Positions 51,590-60,586 of a stretch of 60,586 bases of DNA are shown here, piece after piece. This DNA comes from a virus (lineage: Duplodnaviria; Caudoviricetes). Every line of letters begins with the position of its first letter. Within the stretch, counting starts at the first letter, position 1. A program made the translations under genes and the position numbers. The stretch spans positions 1 through 60,586 of the IMG/VR virus record IMGVR_UViG_3300002219_000012; one strand, written 5' to 3'. Below the pieces are notes generated by a model. It searched no databases, had not been told where the DNA came from, and was given only the letters and a program-made list of their open reading frames with translations.

Positions 51590-52120
51590 TTAAAAGGGAA
51601 CATCTGGGCCTTCCTGTTTATTGACTCTAATAACCTTTGCCGCGTATTTTTCAGCATCTGACATTGGCATTAAAAATGTTTTTATTGTTTTCTTGGGTTC
51701 CCAAACCTTGTCTTGGTAGCGGGCTTTGTAAATGCCCTGCAATGTTTTCTTGGCAAAAATAAAAATTATTTCCTTGTTGCCTTGAACATAAAGCCAGGTA
51801 TTGTCATCCCGCATTATCCCGCTAGGCGTCCAGTTTTGAATGTCAGCGCGGCTTTTTTCGGCTACTTCTATTGAAACCTTTTTGGTTTCAAGTATCCTGT
51901 TGTCGAGCTTGATTTCTATACCTTGAGGGTTCTCACCCTTGTTGTATTGAAAATATTTACTGGAGTAGTTGCTGATTGAAATCCCTATTTCTTTTAAAAA
52001 CAAATCAACAACGAAGTCTTGAAACTCCAACGCCTCTTCAAACAACGTATCTCTGTCCCCATCAGGGTATTCAGGCTTGATGGCCAAACCTATCCCACCC
52101 ATCTCTTTTTCCTCTTGCAA
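51590..52120 (-). CDS. PD-(D/E)xK-like nuclease (start uncertain)
   Basis: E.QDFV..GE..IEIK.D..SIE..PSGI. Confidence 0.55.
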   Translation of the reverse strand: MQEEKEMGGIGLAIKPEYPDGDRDTLFEEALEFQDFVVDLFLKEIGISISNYSSKYFQYNKGENPQGIEIKLDNRILETKKVSIEVAEKSRADIQNWTPSGIMRDDNTWLYVQGNKEIIFIFAKKTLQGIYKARYQDKVWEPKKTIKTFLMPMSDAEKYAAKVIRVNKQEGPDVPF

Positions 52121-53186
52121 ACAATTCTATTTTCTTGCCGCTTGGATATAGCGCCTCGATAATTCCGTAAAATGTATCAGGCTTGCGGCTGTGTTCTGTG
52201 CGTTCTTCCGTAACTACTGAATCAAAAAGTTTCCGAACATCCGGCTGGCAACTCCCTTTTGTACAAACTAACAAAAACTCATGTCTTACGCTGTTATAAT
52301 GCCCCATGTTGTGCTTGACCTTATCCCAAATAAAACTCGCTTTATATTTAAAACCCCATGCTTTTATGACCTCAAACGATTCTTCTAAAATCGGACTTGT
52401 TACCCACAAGAAAAGAACCGCATCGGGCAGGGTAATTTCTTTTATGTTCATCGCGCAAATATCAGCCAACTGCATAACTGGATAATGGTCGCGCTGTTCA
52501 GTGTGATAGTCCGGCTGCGTGTTTCCGTAACTCCACGGAGGGTCGGCTAAAATAATGCGATATTTAGCCTCTGGCAGATTTACCGTCTTGGCTATTTCCT
52601 CAAGCCTGGCGTCCCTTGCCGCTTCCATCGGCTTTTGACTACCGCTTAATATTGCCTGTTGTTGTTTATCGGGTAATTTTTGGGCTTTTCTGACTGTTTC
52701 TTCTGAAAGATATGTTGTCTTTGGCTGGCGCGGCTGGTATTTAGTAGGCCGTTTTTTCCCGTCTTTACCCTTTGTTTTTGTTGGCGTTTGAACTTTCGCA
52801 TTTGATAAAGTTCGATTAATTGTATCTTTGCTTGTCGTGCCGTCTGCATCCGCGATAGCCTGCAAAGTCATTCCCGAATTGCGCAAATCAACCCAGACCT
52901 TCTCCCTTTGTTCTTTCGTTAAATGTCGGCGGGCAAGATTTAATACCCTGGCATGATTTAGTTTTTCTTCTTCCGTTAATCCAGATCGTACAAAACGCGG
53001 CCATTCAGTGATCCCTAATTCATTACACACTTTGACGCGATGATGGCCGTCTAATATCTCTCCAGTTTCATCATATTCAACGGGGACTAATACACCCTTT
53101 TCTTTTATCGAATCTTTTAATGACCGATACGACTTGTCATCAAGGTCATCAAAAAGTTGGTATCTATGTTTTAAATCAAAACTCAC
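52071..53186 (-). CDS. ParB-N / MT-A70 adenine methyltransferase fusion
   Basis: LKDSI...G...P..ILDGHHR; LADPPW, LFLWVT, WGF.Y, HSRKP, IELFAR. Confidence 0.92.
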   Translation of the reverse strand: MSFDLKHRYQLFDDLDDKSYRSLKDSIKEKGVLVPVEYDETGEILDGHHRVKVCNELGITEWPRFVRSGLTEEEKLNHARVLNLARRHLTKEQREKVWVDLRNSGMTLQAIADADGTTSKDTINRTLSNAKVQTPTKTKGKDGKKRPTKYQPRQPKTTYLSEETVRKAQKLPDKQQQAILSGSQKPMEAARDARLEEIAKTVNLPEAKYRIILADPPWSYGNTQPDYHTEQRDHYPVMQLADICAMNIKEITLPDAVLFLWVTSPILEESFEVIKAWGFKYKASFIWDKVKHNMGHYNSVRHEFLLVCTKGSCQPDVRKLFDSVVTEERTEHSRKPDTFYGIIEALYPSGKKIELFARGKRDGWDRFGHQA

Positions 53187-53226
53187 GTTCCCTCCGTTAT
53201 ATCCCTGTTGGCGTTAATGTACCGTG

Positions 53227-53394
53227 TTAATTGTAATATGTTTCGAGTTTTTCCCATGTCTTCATGGTGCAAGTGCCTTCCCCCTTCACAATCCGATAAA
53301 GGTTCGTGTAGGGGATTTTTATCTTGTCGGCCATTCCAGACAGGGAATGCTTTTTAACGTCTTTGCGAAGTTTTTTAAGGATGATCTCTTTCAT
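53227..53394 (-). CDS. Cro-like HTH repressor (55 aa)
   Basis: SLSGMADKIKIPYTNLYRIVKG; first gene of left arm; below ORF-track cutoff. Confidence 0.8.
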   Translation of the reverse strand: MKEIILKKLRKDVKKHSLSGMADKIKIPYTNLYRIVKGEGTCTMKTWEKLETYYN

Positions 53395-53401
53395 GGTCCG
53401 T

Positions 53402-53431
53402 ATTATATATCCGAAAATGGATATTTTGCAA
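53402..53431 (-). promoter_or_regulatory. Leftward promoter
   Basis: TTGCAA-18 bp-TATAAT; operator in spacer; ATG 7 nt after -10. Confidence 0.75.
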
Positions 53432-53578
53432 CATAAAAATTTTTGTGATTATCCAAACAAGGAAATATTCTACCTACCTCGTATCATAATCCCTTAAAAA
53501 CACTATCTTTTTAAAAAAATTATCCTTATTTGGAATATTTATTAAAAAAGTTCTTGCTATATTATCCGTTTTCGGATA
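53408..53578. promoter_or_regulatory. Four operators TATCC-N6-GGA(T/A)(A/T)
   Basis: 53408-53423, 53450-53465, 53521-53536, 53563-53578. Confidence 0.8.
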
Positions 53579-53582
53579 GATT
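53554..53582 (+). promoter_or_regulatory. Rightward promoter
   Basis: TTGCTA-17 bp-TAGATT; operator in spacer. Confidence 0.7.
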
Positions 53583-53587
53583 ATAGC

Positions 53588-53835
53588 CGAAACAAAGCAC
53601 CGCCCGAAGCTCCCGGCTTCAGGTTTGAGCGCCCAAGCGGGCATGACAGGCAAAGCGCCTACTCGTTAAGCCGCACGAAGCCACAAGGGACGTTGCACCA
53701 AAGACGACAGGTGCAAACAGTAGGGAGAACACGACCCCGGTCGCAAGGGCAAACACAGAACACGGGCGAACGGTAACAGCGGATGCTTCAAGGCCGGGAT
53801 CGGTAACACACTAAGCCCCGGATCGCCCACCAGGA
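53588..53835 (+). ncRNA. Putative structured 5' leader/ncRNA
   Basis: No ORF of 60 aa or more; multiple GC hairpins in A-rich linkers. Confidence 0.45.
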
Positions 53836-53841
53836 GGCATT

Positions 53842-54084
53842 ATGGAACGCTTTATAAAGATTTCAGTCGTAACCGTAGTCACCCTGGCCCTCGTATTCTG
53901 CGGGCTCTATTGGTCGCAGACGGTGAAGGTGCGCCAGGACATCATGAGCAAATCTGATGAGGATTATATCTTGATGGTCTTGCGCCAGAAGTCCGCCGAC
54001 GACTGCGTGCTGAGGGAGATCCGGCCGGGTGTTTGGAGTTGCACAGAATGGAAATCAGGCAAGGTCTTTATGGTGCGGCGATGA
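53842..54084 (+). CDS. Small membrane-anchored protein
   Basis: AGGAGG SD; N-terminal TM. Confidence 0.7.
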   Translation: MERFIKISVVTVVTLALVFCGLYWSQTVKVRQDIMSKSDEDYILMVLRQKSADDCVLREIRPGVWSCTEWKSGKVFMVRR

Positions 54085-54923
54085 ACCACGTTGACCTTTT
54101 TTCAGGCATCGGAGGCTTCGCGTTAGCCGCAAGGTGGGCAGGGATACAGACGGTTCAGTTTGTTGAGATAGACAAGTTTTGCCAGAAGGTTTTAAACAAG
54201 AATTTTCCGGGGGTTCCAATTCACAATGACATCACAACATTCAATGGCACGAAATATTCAAACGTCTTTCTTCTCACGGGAGGTTTTCCTTGCCAGCCCT
54301 TTAGCTGCGCCGGGAAACGAAGAGGCAAAGAAGATGACCGTTACCTCTGGCCGGAAATGCTTAGAGTTATTTCGGAAACAAGGCCCCATTGGGTTATTGG
54401 CGAAAACGTTGCTGGCTTCGTCAGCATGGGACTCGACGGCTGTATTTCTGACTTGGAAAGAGAAGGTTACGAAGTCCAAGCGTTTGTTATTCCAGCTTGC
54501 GCCGTCAACGCCCCGCACAGAAGGGACAGGGTGTGGATTGTTGCAAACAATATCGGTGGAAGACGCAGGGAGAAACGGGAGTGCCGAAGCGTGGAAGCAA
54601 TGGACGGAGGACGGCCGGACAACACAATGTCGGTTGAGGAATCAGATTGCCATGCTCCCGACACCATCAACCAGAGATTACAAGGGTGCGAACGGCCCGG
54701 ATCACATGGAGAGGGACAGGCCGCACATGGATCAATTACCGAACGCAATAACACATGGGACGAACCGTGGATTGAAGCTGCAACCCGCCTTTGTCGAGTG
54801 GATGATGGGCTACCCCGACAAGTGGACAGAGTTAATAGATTGAAGGCTTTAGGGAACGCCATAGTGCCACAAGTGGCCTACGAGATTATGAAAAACATCG
54901 TGGAAGTGGAGGTCACGAAATGA
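54081..54923 (+). CDS. DNA cytosine-5 methyltransferase, large subunit
   Basis: DLFSGIGG, GGFPCQPFS, ENV, HRRDRVW, RLKALGNAIV; motif IX missing. Confidence 0.95.
   Translation: MNHVDLFSGIGGFALAARWAGIQTVQFVEIDKFCQKVLNKNFPGVPIHNDITTFNGTKYSNVFLLTGGFPCQPFSCAGKRRGKEDDRYLWPEMLRVISETRPHWVIGENVAGFVSMGLDGCISDLEREGYEVQAFVIPACAVNAPHRRDRVWIVANNIGGRRREKRECRSVEAMDGGRPDNTMSVEESDCHAPDTINQRLQGCERPGSHGEGQAAHGSITERNNTWDEPWIEAATRLCRVDDGLPRQVDRVNRLKALGNAIVPQVAYEIMKNIVEVEVTK
54226..54843 (+). CDS. Nested alternative-frame C5-MTase small subunit (start uncertain)
   Basis: LPTPSTRDYKG..L.P.FVEWMMGYP..WT motif-IX-like. Confidence 0.7.
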   Translation: MTSQHSMARNIQTSFFSREVFLASPLAAPGNEEAKKMTVTSGRKCLELFRKQGPIGLLAKTLLASSAWDSTAVFLTWKEKVTKSKRLLFQLAPSTPRTEGTGCGLLQTISVEDAGRNGSAEAWKQWTEDGRTTQCRLRNQIAMLPTPSTRDYKGANGPDHMERDRPHMDQLPNAITHGTNRGLKLQPAFVEWMMGYPDKWTELID

Positions 54924-55207
54924 TGCAGCTATCCATCGAAGACTACATCAAGACGGCTCGCTACGAAGGCCCGGTGAACGCCGCCGACTGCGCCCGGCTC
55001 GAAGGGCAGACGCTACGGATTTACCGGCTGATGATCGACGGGACATGGCGCACGCTCGAAGAGATACACAGGGCGACGGGTGATCCGCAAGCCTCGATTT
55101 CCGCTCAACTGCGCCATTTAAGAAAAGGACGTTTCGGTTCAAACATCGTGGACAAGCAGCGGCGCGGGAATCAATGGGAATACAGGCTGCAAAGGAGACA
55201 AGCATGA
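54920..55207 (+). CDS. Winged HTH protein
   Basis: WRTL.EI...G...ASISAQLRHLRK..FG. Confidence 0.75.
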   Translation: MMQLSIEDYIKTARYEGPVNAADCARLEGQTLRIYRLMIDGTWRTLEEIHRATGDPQASISAQLRHLRKGRFGSNIVDKQRRGNQWEYRLQRRQA

Positions 55208-55383
55208 CCGGACACATCCCATATTTAAACACCGAATACGCACGGCAAAAGGATCAGGAGTGCTACGACATCGAGGCGCGGGAAAAGGAGAGGGCCCTTG
55301 ATGACGGCCAACAGGAAAGCAACGAATACAAGAAGTCTATTCCCGGTACGGCACCGGTCACCAAAGGCCGACGTGTTGTATGA
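55204..55383 (+). CDS. Hypothetical protein
   Basis: AAGGAG SD; ATGA overlap. Confidence 0.5.
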   Translation: MTGHIPYLNTEYARQKDQECYDIEAREKERALDDGQQESNEYKKSIPGTAPVTKGRRVV

Positions 55384-55439
55384 TTCTGGCGGAGGGGGTG
55401 ACGTGTATGAACCCCCTCCAAAGGAAAGGAAGGAAAAAT

Positions 55440-55865
55440 ATGCCAGACAATCCAACATTTCAGATACCAAAGGACATTATCGAGCCAATCATAACGGCGC
55501 ACGTATCGGCGGCTGTTCTTGCGGCGTTTGCCGACAAATCGAAATTAATGGAAGTGGCCGTGGCAAAGGTTTTAAACAACAAGGTCGAAAAAGATTCTGG
55601 AAAAACCACAACCTCTGATTATAACTCCACTACATACATTCAATGGCTTATGGAAAGCGTCGTTAAGAAAGCGGTTGCGACGGCGGTGGAAGAACAGGTC
55701 GGCGTTCATCAGGAAGAACTAAAAAAAGCGATAGCCTCCGAATTGGGCCTTGGAAAAAAATACACCCCATTGGCAAAACAACTTATCAACGGGATGTGTT
55801 CGGCAATGGTTCACCCCGACCTTTTGCGATACCGAATCAAGGTCGAGTTTGACGATAAGAAATAA
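55440..55865 (+). CDS. Hypothetical protein
   Basis: AAGGA SD before ATG 55440. Confidence 0.7.
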   Translation: MPDNPTFQIPKDIIEPIITAHVSAAVLAAFADKSKLMEVAVAKVLNNKVEKDSGKTTTSDYNSTTYIQWLMESVVKKAVATAVEEQVGVHQEELKKAIASELGLGKKYTPLAKQLINGMCSAMVHPDLLRYRIKVEFDDKK

Positions 55866-55916
55866 CCCACCATCGGGGGGCAGCGTTCGGGCCTCCCGCC
55901 CACCAAAGGAGAGGAA

Positions 55917-56012
55917 ATGCAGAATATAATTTTAAAGCTCGCGAAATGGCTTATTCAGTTCGTTGATGGATACCACGTTGCCAAGAACGGCGGCGGACGG
56001 AAGAAGAAATAA
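55917..56012 (+). CDS. 31-aa basic peptide
   Basis: MQNIILKLAKWLIQFVDGYHVAKNGGGRKKK; strong SD. Confidence 0.5.
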   Translation: MQNIILKLAKWLIQFVDGYHVAKNGGGRKKK

Positions 56013-56117
56013 CCCTGCCCGCTCGCGCATGAAGATGGAATACCGGTAAATTGTGGCACGTATAACTCCGTAAAGATCGTACAAGGCGCGGCGGCGGGGA
56101 ATTAAAAACAAAGAAAG

Positions 56118-56423
56118 GTGAATAATATGGCACTAGAAAACGCAAAGAAAGAAGCTGCCGATAAAGCCCGAATCGAAACAGAAGCTAGGATCAAACGAGA
56201 GGCAGATGAAAAAGAAAAGAGAGAGGTTAGGGAAAAGGCGAACGCCGAAAAGAAAGCAGCCAGAGCGCCGGATAAGGTGAAGTTGATTGCGCTGGCCGAC
56301 GCGATTGACAAAGTTCCGTTCCCAGAATTGAAAACCAAAGAGGCCGCGATGTATGCCCGTAATTTCAACGGCCAACTTGCGGCAGCACTTAAATACCTTA
56401 GAGACGAGGCGGAGGCATTATAA
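56118..56423 (+). CDS. Coiled-coil protein
   Basis: KAARAPDKVKL motif; upstream of erf. Confidence 0.7.
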   Translation: MNNMALENAKKEAADKARIETEARIKREADEKEKREVREKANAEKKAARAPDKVKLIALADAIDKVPFPELKTKEAAMYARNFNGQLAAALKYLRDEAEAL

Positions 56424-57139
56424 TGGAAACAGCATTGGCATTACCGATCAACCAGGAATCACCACAGGCCATGATGATGGCCGCGATTGACAAAGGCATG
56501 GATCTTGACAAGCTCGAAAGGTTTATGATCCTGCAAGAGCGATATGAGGCGAATCAGGCCCGGAAAGCGTATTCTCAGGCCATGAGCGATTTTAAGGCTA
56601 ACCCGCCGGAAATCGAAAAAGATAAGAAGGTTTCCTACAAAACCACTTCCGGCACGACGGCATATAATCACGCCTCACTCGGAAACGTGACGGACAAAAT
56701 AGGCGCTGCCTTGAGCAAGCACGGACTGTCGGCGGCGTGGACAACAAGACAGGACGAAAAAGGCGTAACTGTTACATGCCGAATATCTCATATTTTTGGA
56801 CATTCAGAAGAAACAAGTCTCACGGCGGCATTGGATCAGTCCGGCGGAAAGAACACAATTCAGGCGCTTGGGTCAACGATCAGTTACCTTGAACGCTATA
56901 CGATCCTTGCATTGACTGGGCTGGCAACACACGATCAGGACGACGACGGAAAAAGCGCGGAGGAAGTCGCCTATATTTCCGACAAGCAAAAATCCACCAT
57001 CATTGACATGATCCAGGCCAAAGAAGCCGACGAAAAGAAGTTTTGCGAATACATGAAAGTTAAAGAGATAGGGCAAATCAAAGCCAGTGACTTTGACAAG
57101 GCAATGGCGGCACTACGCGCCAAGAAAGGGAAAGCATAA
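56423..57139 (+). CDS. erf: ERF-family ssDNA annealing protein
   Basis: L.KHGL, H..GH.E, QA.GS.ISY..RY...A.TG....DDDG. Confidence 0.92.
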   Translation: METALALPINQESPQAMMMAAIDKGMDLDKLERFMILQERYEANQARKAYSQAMSDFKANPPEIEKDKKVSYKTTSGTTAYNHASLGNVTDKIGAALSKHGLSAAWTTRQDEKGVTVTCRISHIFGHSEETSLTAALDQSGGKNTIQALGSTISYLERYTILALTGLATHDQDDDGKSAEEVAYISDKQKSTIIDMIQAKEADEKKFCEYMKVKEIGQIKASDFDKAMAALRAKKGKA

Positions 57140-57753
57140 TGCCGATAATTATAACCGATTATGAGCAAGGCTCCGAGGATTGGTTTAAGGCGAAGGCCGG
57201 AAATGTCGGCGCAAGCTCCATTGATAAAATCATCACGACAACCGGCGCAAGATCAAAACAGCGTGAAGACTTCATGATGCAGATAGCCGGTGAACGCCTA
57301 ACCGGAAAATGTGAAGAAACATTCCAGAGCCAAGCCATGCTGAACGGAATTGAACGCGAAGCAGCGGCGCGGGCGCTGTTTGAAATGATTAACGGCGTTG
57401 AATGCCAGAAGGTCGGCATCGTTTTCAAAGACGACTGGAAACTTTGCCACTGTTCGCCGGACTCCCTTGTCGGGAATAACGAAGGGCTTGAGATCAAAAA
57501 CCCGATGATGAAAACGCAGGTTAAATATCTACTGGCAGGGAAATTACCCACTGATTACATCGGCCAGATACAAATGAGCCTTTATGTGACGGAGCGCGAC
57601 AAATGGTGGTTTATGAGCGCATACGAAGGATTGCCGCCATTGATCCTCGAAGTAGGCAGGGATGAGGCATATTTAAAGAAACTGGCCGACGAGCTTGACG
57701 CCTTTAACACGGAAATGCTGGAAGTTGTTGAGAGGTTGAAGAAGCTGCAATGA
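57139..57753 (+). CDS. YqaJ/lambda-exonuclease family
   Basis: QGSEDW...K.G...AS, G.ERE, CSPD.L, LEIK.P, Y..QIQ. Confidence 0.92.
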   Translation: MPIIITDYEQGSEDWFKAKAGNVGASSIDKIITTTGARSKQREDFMMQIAGERLTGKCEETFQSQAMLNGIEREAAARALFEMINGVECQKVGIVFKDDWKLCHCSPDSLVGNNEGLEIKNPMMKTQVKYLLAGKLPTDYIGQIQMSLYVTERDKWWFMSAYEGLPPLILEVGRDEAYLKKLADELDAFNTEMLEVVERLKKLQ

Positions 57754-58160
57754 TAATTAAATGCGTTTCAATGGCCGACGGACAACCGTTATTTGACAAG
57801 CCGCTTTCGGACTTGTTGGCGGAGTGCGTCCCTGGCTCCGCCTTGCAGATTCTTACACCTGATAAATATATCAGTTACCAGCAGATAAAATGGTGGAAGG
57901 GCGTATTACTCCCGGCGCTGGCTAATGATTCCGGCGATTCGGTTGAGTATTGGGAAACGCTGTTAAAGCTAACCGTCATGCCAGATGACTTTACGCCTTA
58001 TTATGTCCCGATCAAAAAACAGGTGTTTCCGGTAATGCCGTCCATCAACAAATTGTCAGTCAAGAAAATGAATCAACTAATCGAAGGGTCAGTCGCAAAA
58101 TGCCATGAGTTAGGCTTAACGTGGGTGACTCTTCCAGACAGCGAATTGAGGAAAAAATGA
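57750..58160 (+). CDS. NinB/Orf-like recombination accessory protein
   Basis: Q..WW.GV..S..KLS...M..LIE.....LG..LP pattern. Confidence 0.6.
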   Translation: MIIKCVSMADGQPLFDKPLSDLLAECVPGSALQILTPDKYISYQQIKWWKGVLLPALANDSGDSVEYWETLLKLTVMPDDFTPYYVPIKKQVFPVMPSINKLSVKKMNQLIEGSVAKCHELGLTWVTLPDSELRKK

Positions 58161-58303
58161 CCCACCTCACAATTGAAACCGTTGAATGTCCAGGATGCGG
58201 GCATACACACCGGATTGAAGTTGATACGGAAAAGGCGCTGAAAGAGGCGAAAGAGGCATTTAACCGTAAGCACAAGGATTGTCAGAATGCCAGCCAGCGA
58301 TAA
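58157..58303 (+). CDS. Small zinc-ribbon protein
   Basis: CPGCGH; ATGA overlap. Confidence 0.55.
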   Translation: MTHLTIETVECPGCGHTHRIEVDTEKALKEAKEAFNRKHKDCQNASQR

Positions 58304-58529
58304 ATTAACCACAATCAAGCACAGGATGAAGGGCAAGGGGTTTCCTGTTCTCAACAAATGCCCGTACTGTAAAGAGTTCCACGCAACCATTGAGGACACC
58401 CCACTTGCACCGTGGCTGCACCACAATCATGTAGCCTGCCCAGCCTGCAAGCACAACCGATCCAAAACCGAACAGGGTGAGGGATATGAACCATACGGCA
58501 GAACAAAAAGAAGGGCGGTGAACGGATGA
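58287..58529 (+). CDS. Zinc-ribbon protein
   Basis: CPYC..CPAC. Confidence 0.65.
   Translation: MPASDKLTTIKHRMKGKGFPVLNKCPYCKEFHATIEDTPLAPWLHHNHVACPACKHNRSKTEQGEGYEPYGRTKRRAVNG
58509..58529 (+). repeat. 21-bp exact direct repeat, copy 2
   Basis: Identical to 1-21. Confidence 0.95.
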
Positions 58530-58804
58530 TAGAGGAAAAGTTAAAGAGCTTAGTTGATAAAATAATAAAAGAGGGTGTGCCGCTTTTTACACGCGAATCC
58601 ATCGAAAGGATGCTACGGCGCATGAACAAAGAAACCGAAACAGACCTGCGGTGTTGTGGCAACTGCAACCTATTCAGCGGCAACGGGCGGATATACTTTT
58701 GTAAGCAGGGACATATTCATCCCCATCACAGCCAGCCGTGGAAATCATGTAAAGGATGGGTGTGCGACGAAGCCGACAGTAACAGAAGGATGGGGACGAC
58801 ATGA
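58526..58804 (+). CDS. Cys-rich protein (CCGNC family)
   Basis: DLRCCGNC..C..W..D. Confidence 0.7.
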   Translation: MIEEKLKSLVDKIIKEGVPLFTRESIERMLRRMNKETETDLRCCGNCNLFSGNGRIYFCKQGHIHPHHSQPWKSCKGWVCDEADSNRRMGTT

Positions 58805-59088
58805 ATCAGGTTGTAATAATGGAATCCAAGATCGAAGTCCTGTGCAAGCAGGTGGATGATCTCAAAAAAGACCTGGCCCTCAACGCCTCAATGCTGGCCC
58901 GACAATGTGATTTAGCGCGAGAAGCGGAAACACAGGCGCTGCGGCTTAGGTGTTGCGGGAACTGCAAGAATAATCACATTACCAACATAGACACTTATTG
59001 TGAGATAACAGGTGAAGAAGTCAATAGCCATAAGACTTGCGCTAAATGGAAATCGGACGGGTTGACAACAAGGAGAGACAGGGAATGA
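58801..59088 (+). CDS. Cys-rich protein (CCGNC family)
   Basis: Paralog of 18-314. Confidence 0.8.
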   Translation: MNQVVIMESKIEVLCKQVDDLKKDLALNASMLARQCDLAREAETQALRLRCCGNCKNNHITNIDTYCEITGEEVNSHKTCAKWKSDGLTTRRDRE

Positions 59089-59444
59089 AAAACTTATCCA
59101 TTGACGACTTGATGTCGGAAATTTGGGCGGCGGGAAGAAATTGTGACAGAGAAAAATACGATGATGCCACGGAAGAAATTAACCGACGTTTTGCGGAGTT
59201 CAAGGAAGAGTTAGACGACATTTACGCCCAACACAAGATGGTTATGGCCGAGAAATGCGCTCCCGACGAAAAGCACTGCACTTGTGTCCCAATGCTGCGG
59301 AGGGATTTAAAAAAGGTAACGGAAGAACTCAATGAAATCAAAAAGTGTCACGATTGCCCGTTCTGTGGGCAAAGACAGTGTATGAGGGAGAGGCGCGAAA
59401 AACCAAAAATAAGCGACCATGCGAGGTATCCAGAATGGAAATGA
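59085..59444 (+). CDS. Hypothetical Cys-containing protein
   Basis: C.PDEKHCTCVP; ATGA-coupled. Confidence 0.65.
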   Translation: MKNLSIDDLMSEIWAAGRNCDREKYDDATEEINRRFAEFKEELDDIYAQHKMVMAEKCAPDEKHCTCVPMLRRDLKKVTEELNEIKKCHDCPFCGQRQCMRERREKPKISDHARYPEWK

Positions 59445-59701
59445 GAACAAAACCAATTACGCCGTATCAGAGATTAATGGAACAGTTTAAGGGCTTTGCA
59501 AATTCTGTTGAGTACCGCAAAAGAATCCCTATGTGGACGTATCCCAAAAACAAACTAACTGAATCATGGTCGTTAAAGGAAGTTTATGAGCGCGTAGTCG
59601 CCGCTGAACAGCTTGGATATGATGTCCAGTTGTCAGCGACAGAAGGCGGCTTGGAAGTGAAGTATATCGAGAAAGCCCCAAAGCGTCCGTGGAATGTTTG
59701 A
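59441..59701 (+). CDS. Hypothetical protein
   Basis: ATGA-coupled. Confidence 0.6.
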   Translation: MRTKPITPYQRLMEQFKGFANSVEYRKRIPMWTYPKNKLTESWSLKEVYERVVAAEQLGYDVQLSATEGGLEVKYIEKAPKRPWNV

Positions 59702-59712
59702 CGAATAAGACG

Positions 59713-60586
<874 letters not shown>

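Noticed and set aside
53640-53710. c-di-GMP-I riboswitch (GGCAAA...GGGACG)
   Set aside because: Lacks the GNRA-capped P2 and GCAAAGCC junction order

Overview
Near-complete (probably circularisable, about 58.5 kb) tailed dsDNA phage genome with a podovirus-like layout. No tape measure, sheath, integrase, RT, cas or tRNA gene was recognised. Minus strand from about 53.4 kb: Cro-like HTH, ParB/MT-A70 MTase, nuclease, N6/N4 MTase, NinG-like, replication initiator, DnaB, HTH activator, TerS, TerL, portal, scaffold, major capsid, tail/fibre genes, ejection-type coiled-coil proteins, a 4580-aa polyvalent protein and a lysis cassette. Plus strand from about 53.6 kb and wrapping to 1-2.3 kb: C5 MTase with a nested second-frame subunit, ERF + YqaJ recombination pair and many small accessory ORFs. 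The window ends in a type I-C-like CRISPR array (8 repeats) fused mid-gene to phage sequence. Best candidates for undescribed biology: (1) a three-copy, covarying GGGACT-hairpin-GGGA(C/T)T + long-terminator RNA element gating scaffold/capsid, tail and lysis genes, with a 65-aa candidate trans factor beside one copy; (2) a two-copy covarying ~90-nt E-loop RNA in the accessory region; (3) a 32-aa peptide plus SD-sequestering hairpin at the portal gene; (4) a LapG-like cysteine protease domain in a tail-region protein. Family assignments come from motif recognition by eye, not database searches, and some start codons were re-assigned from SD and overlap evidence.
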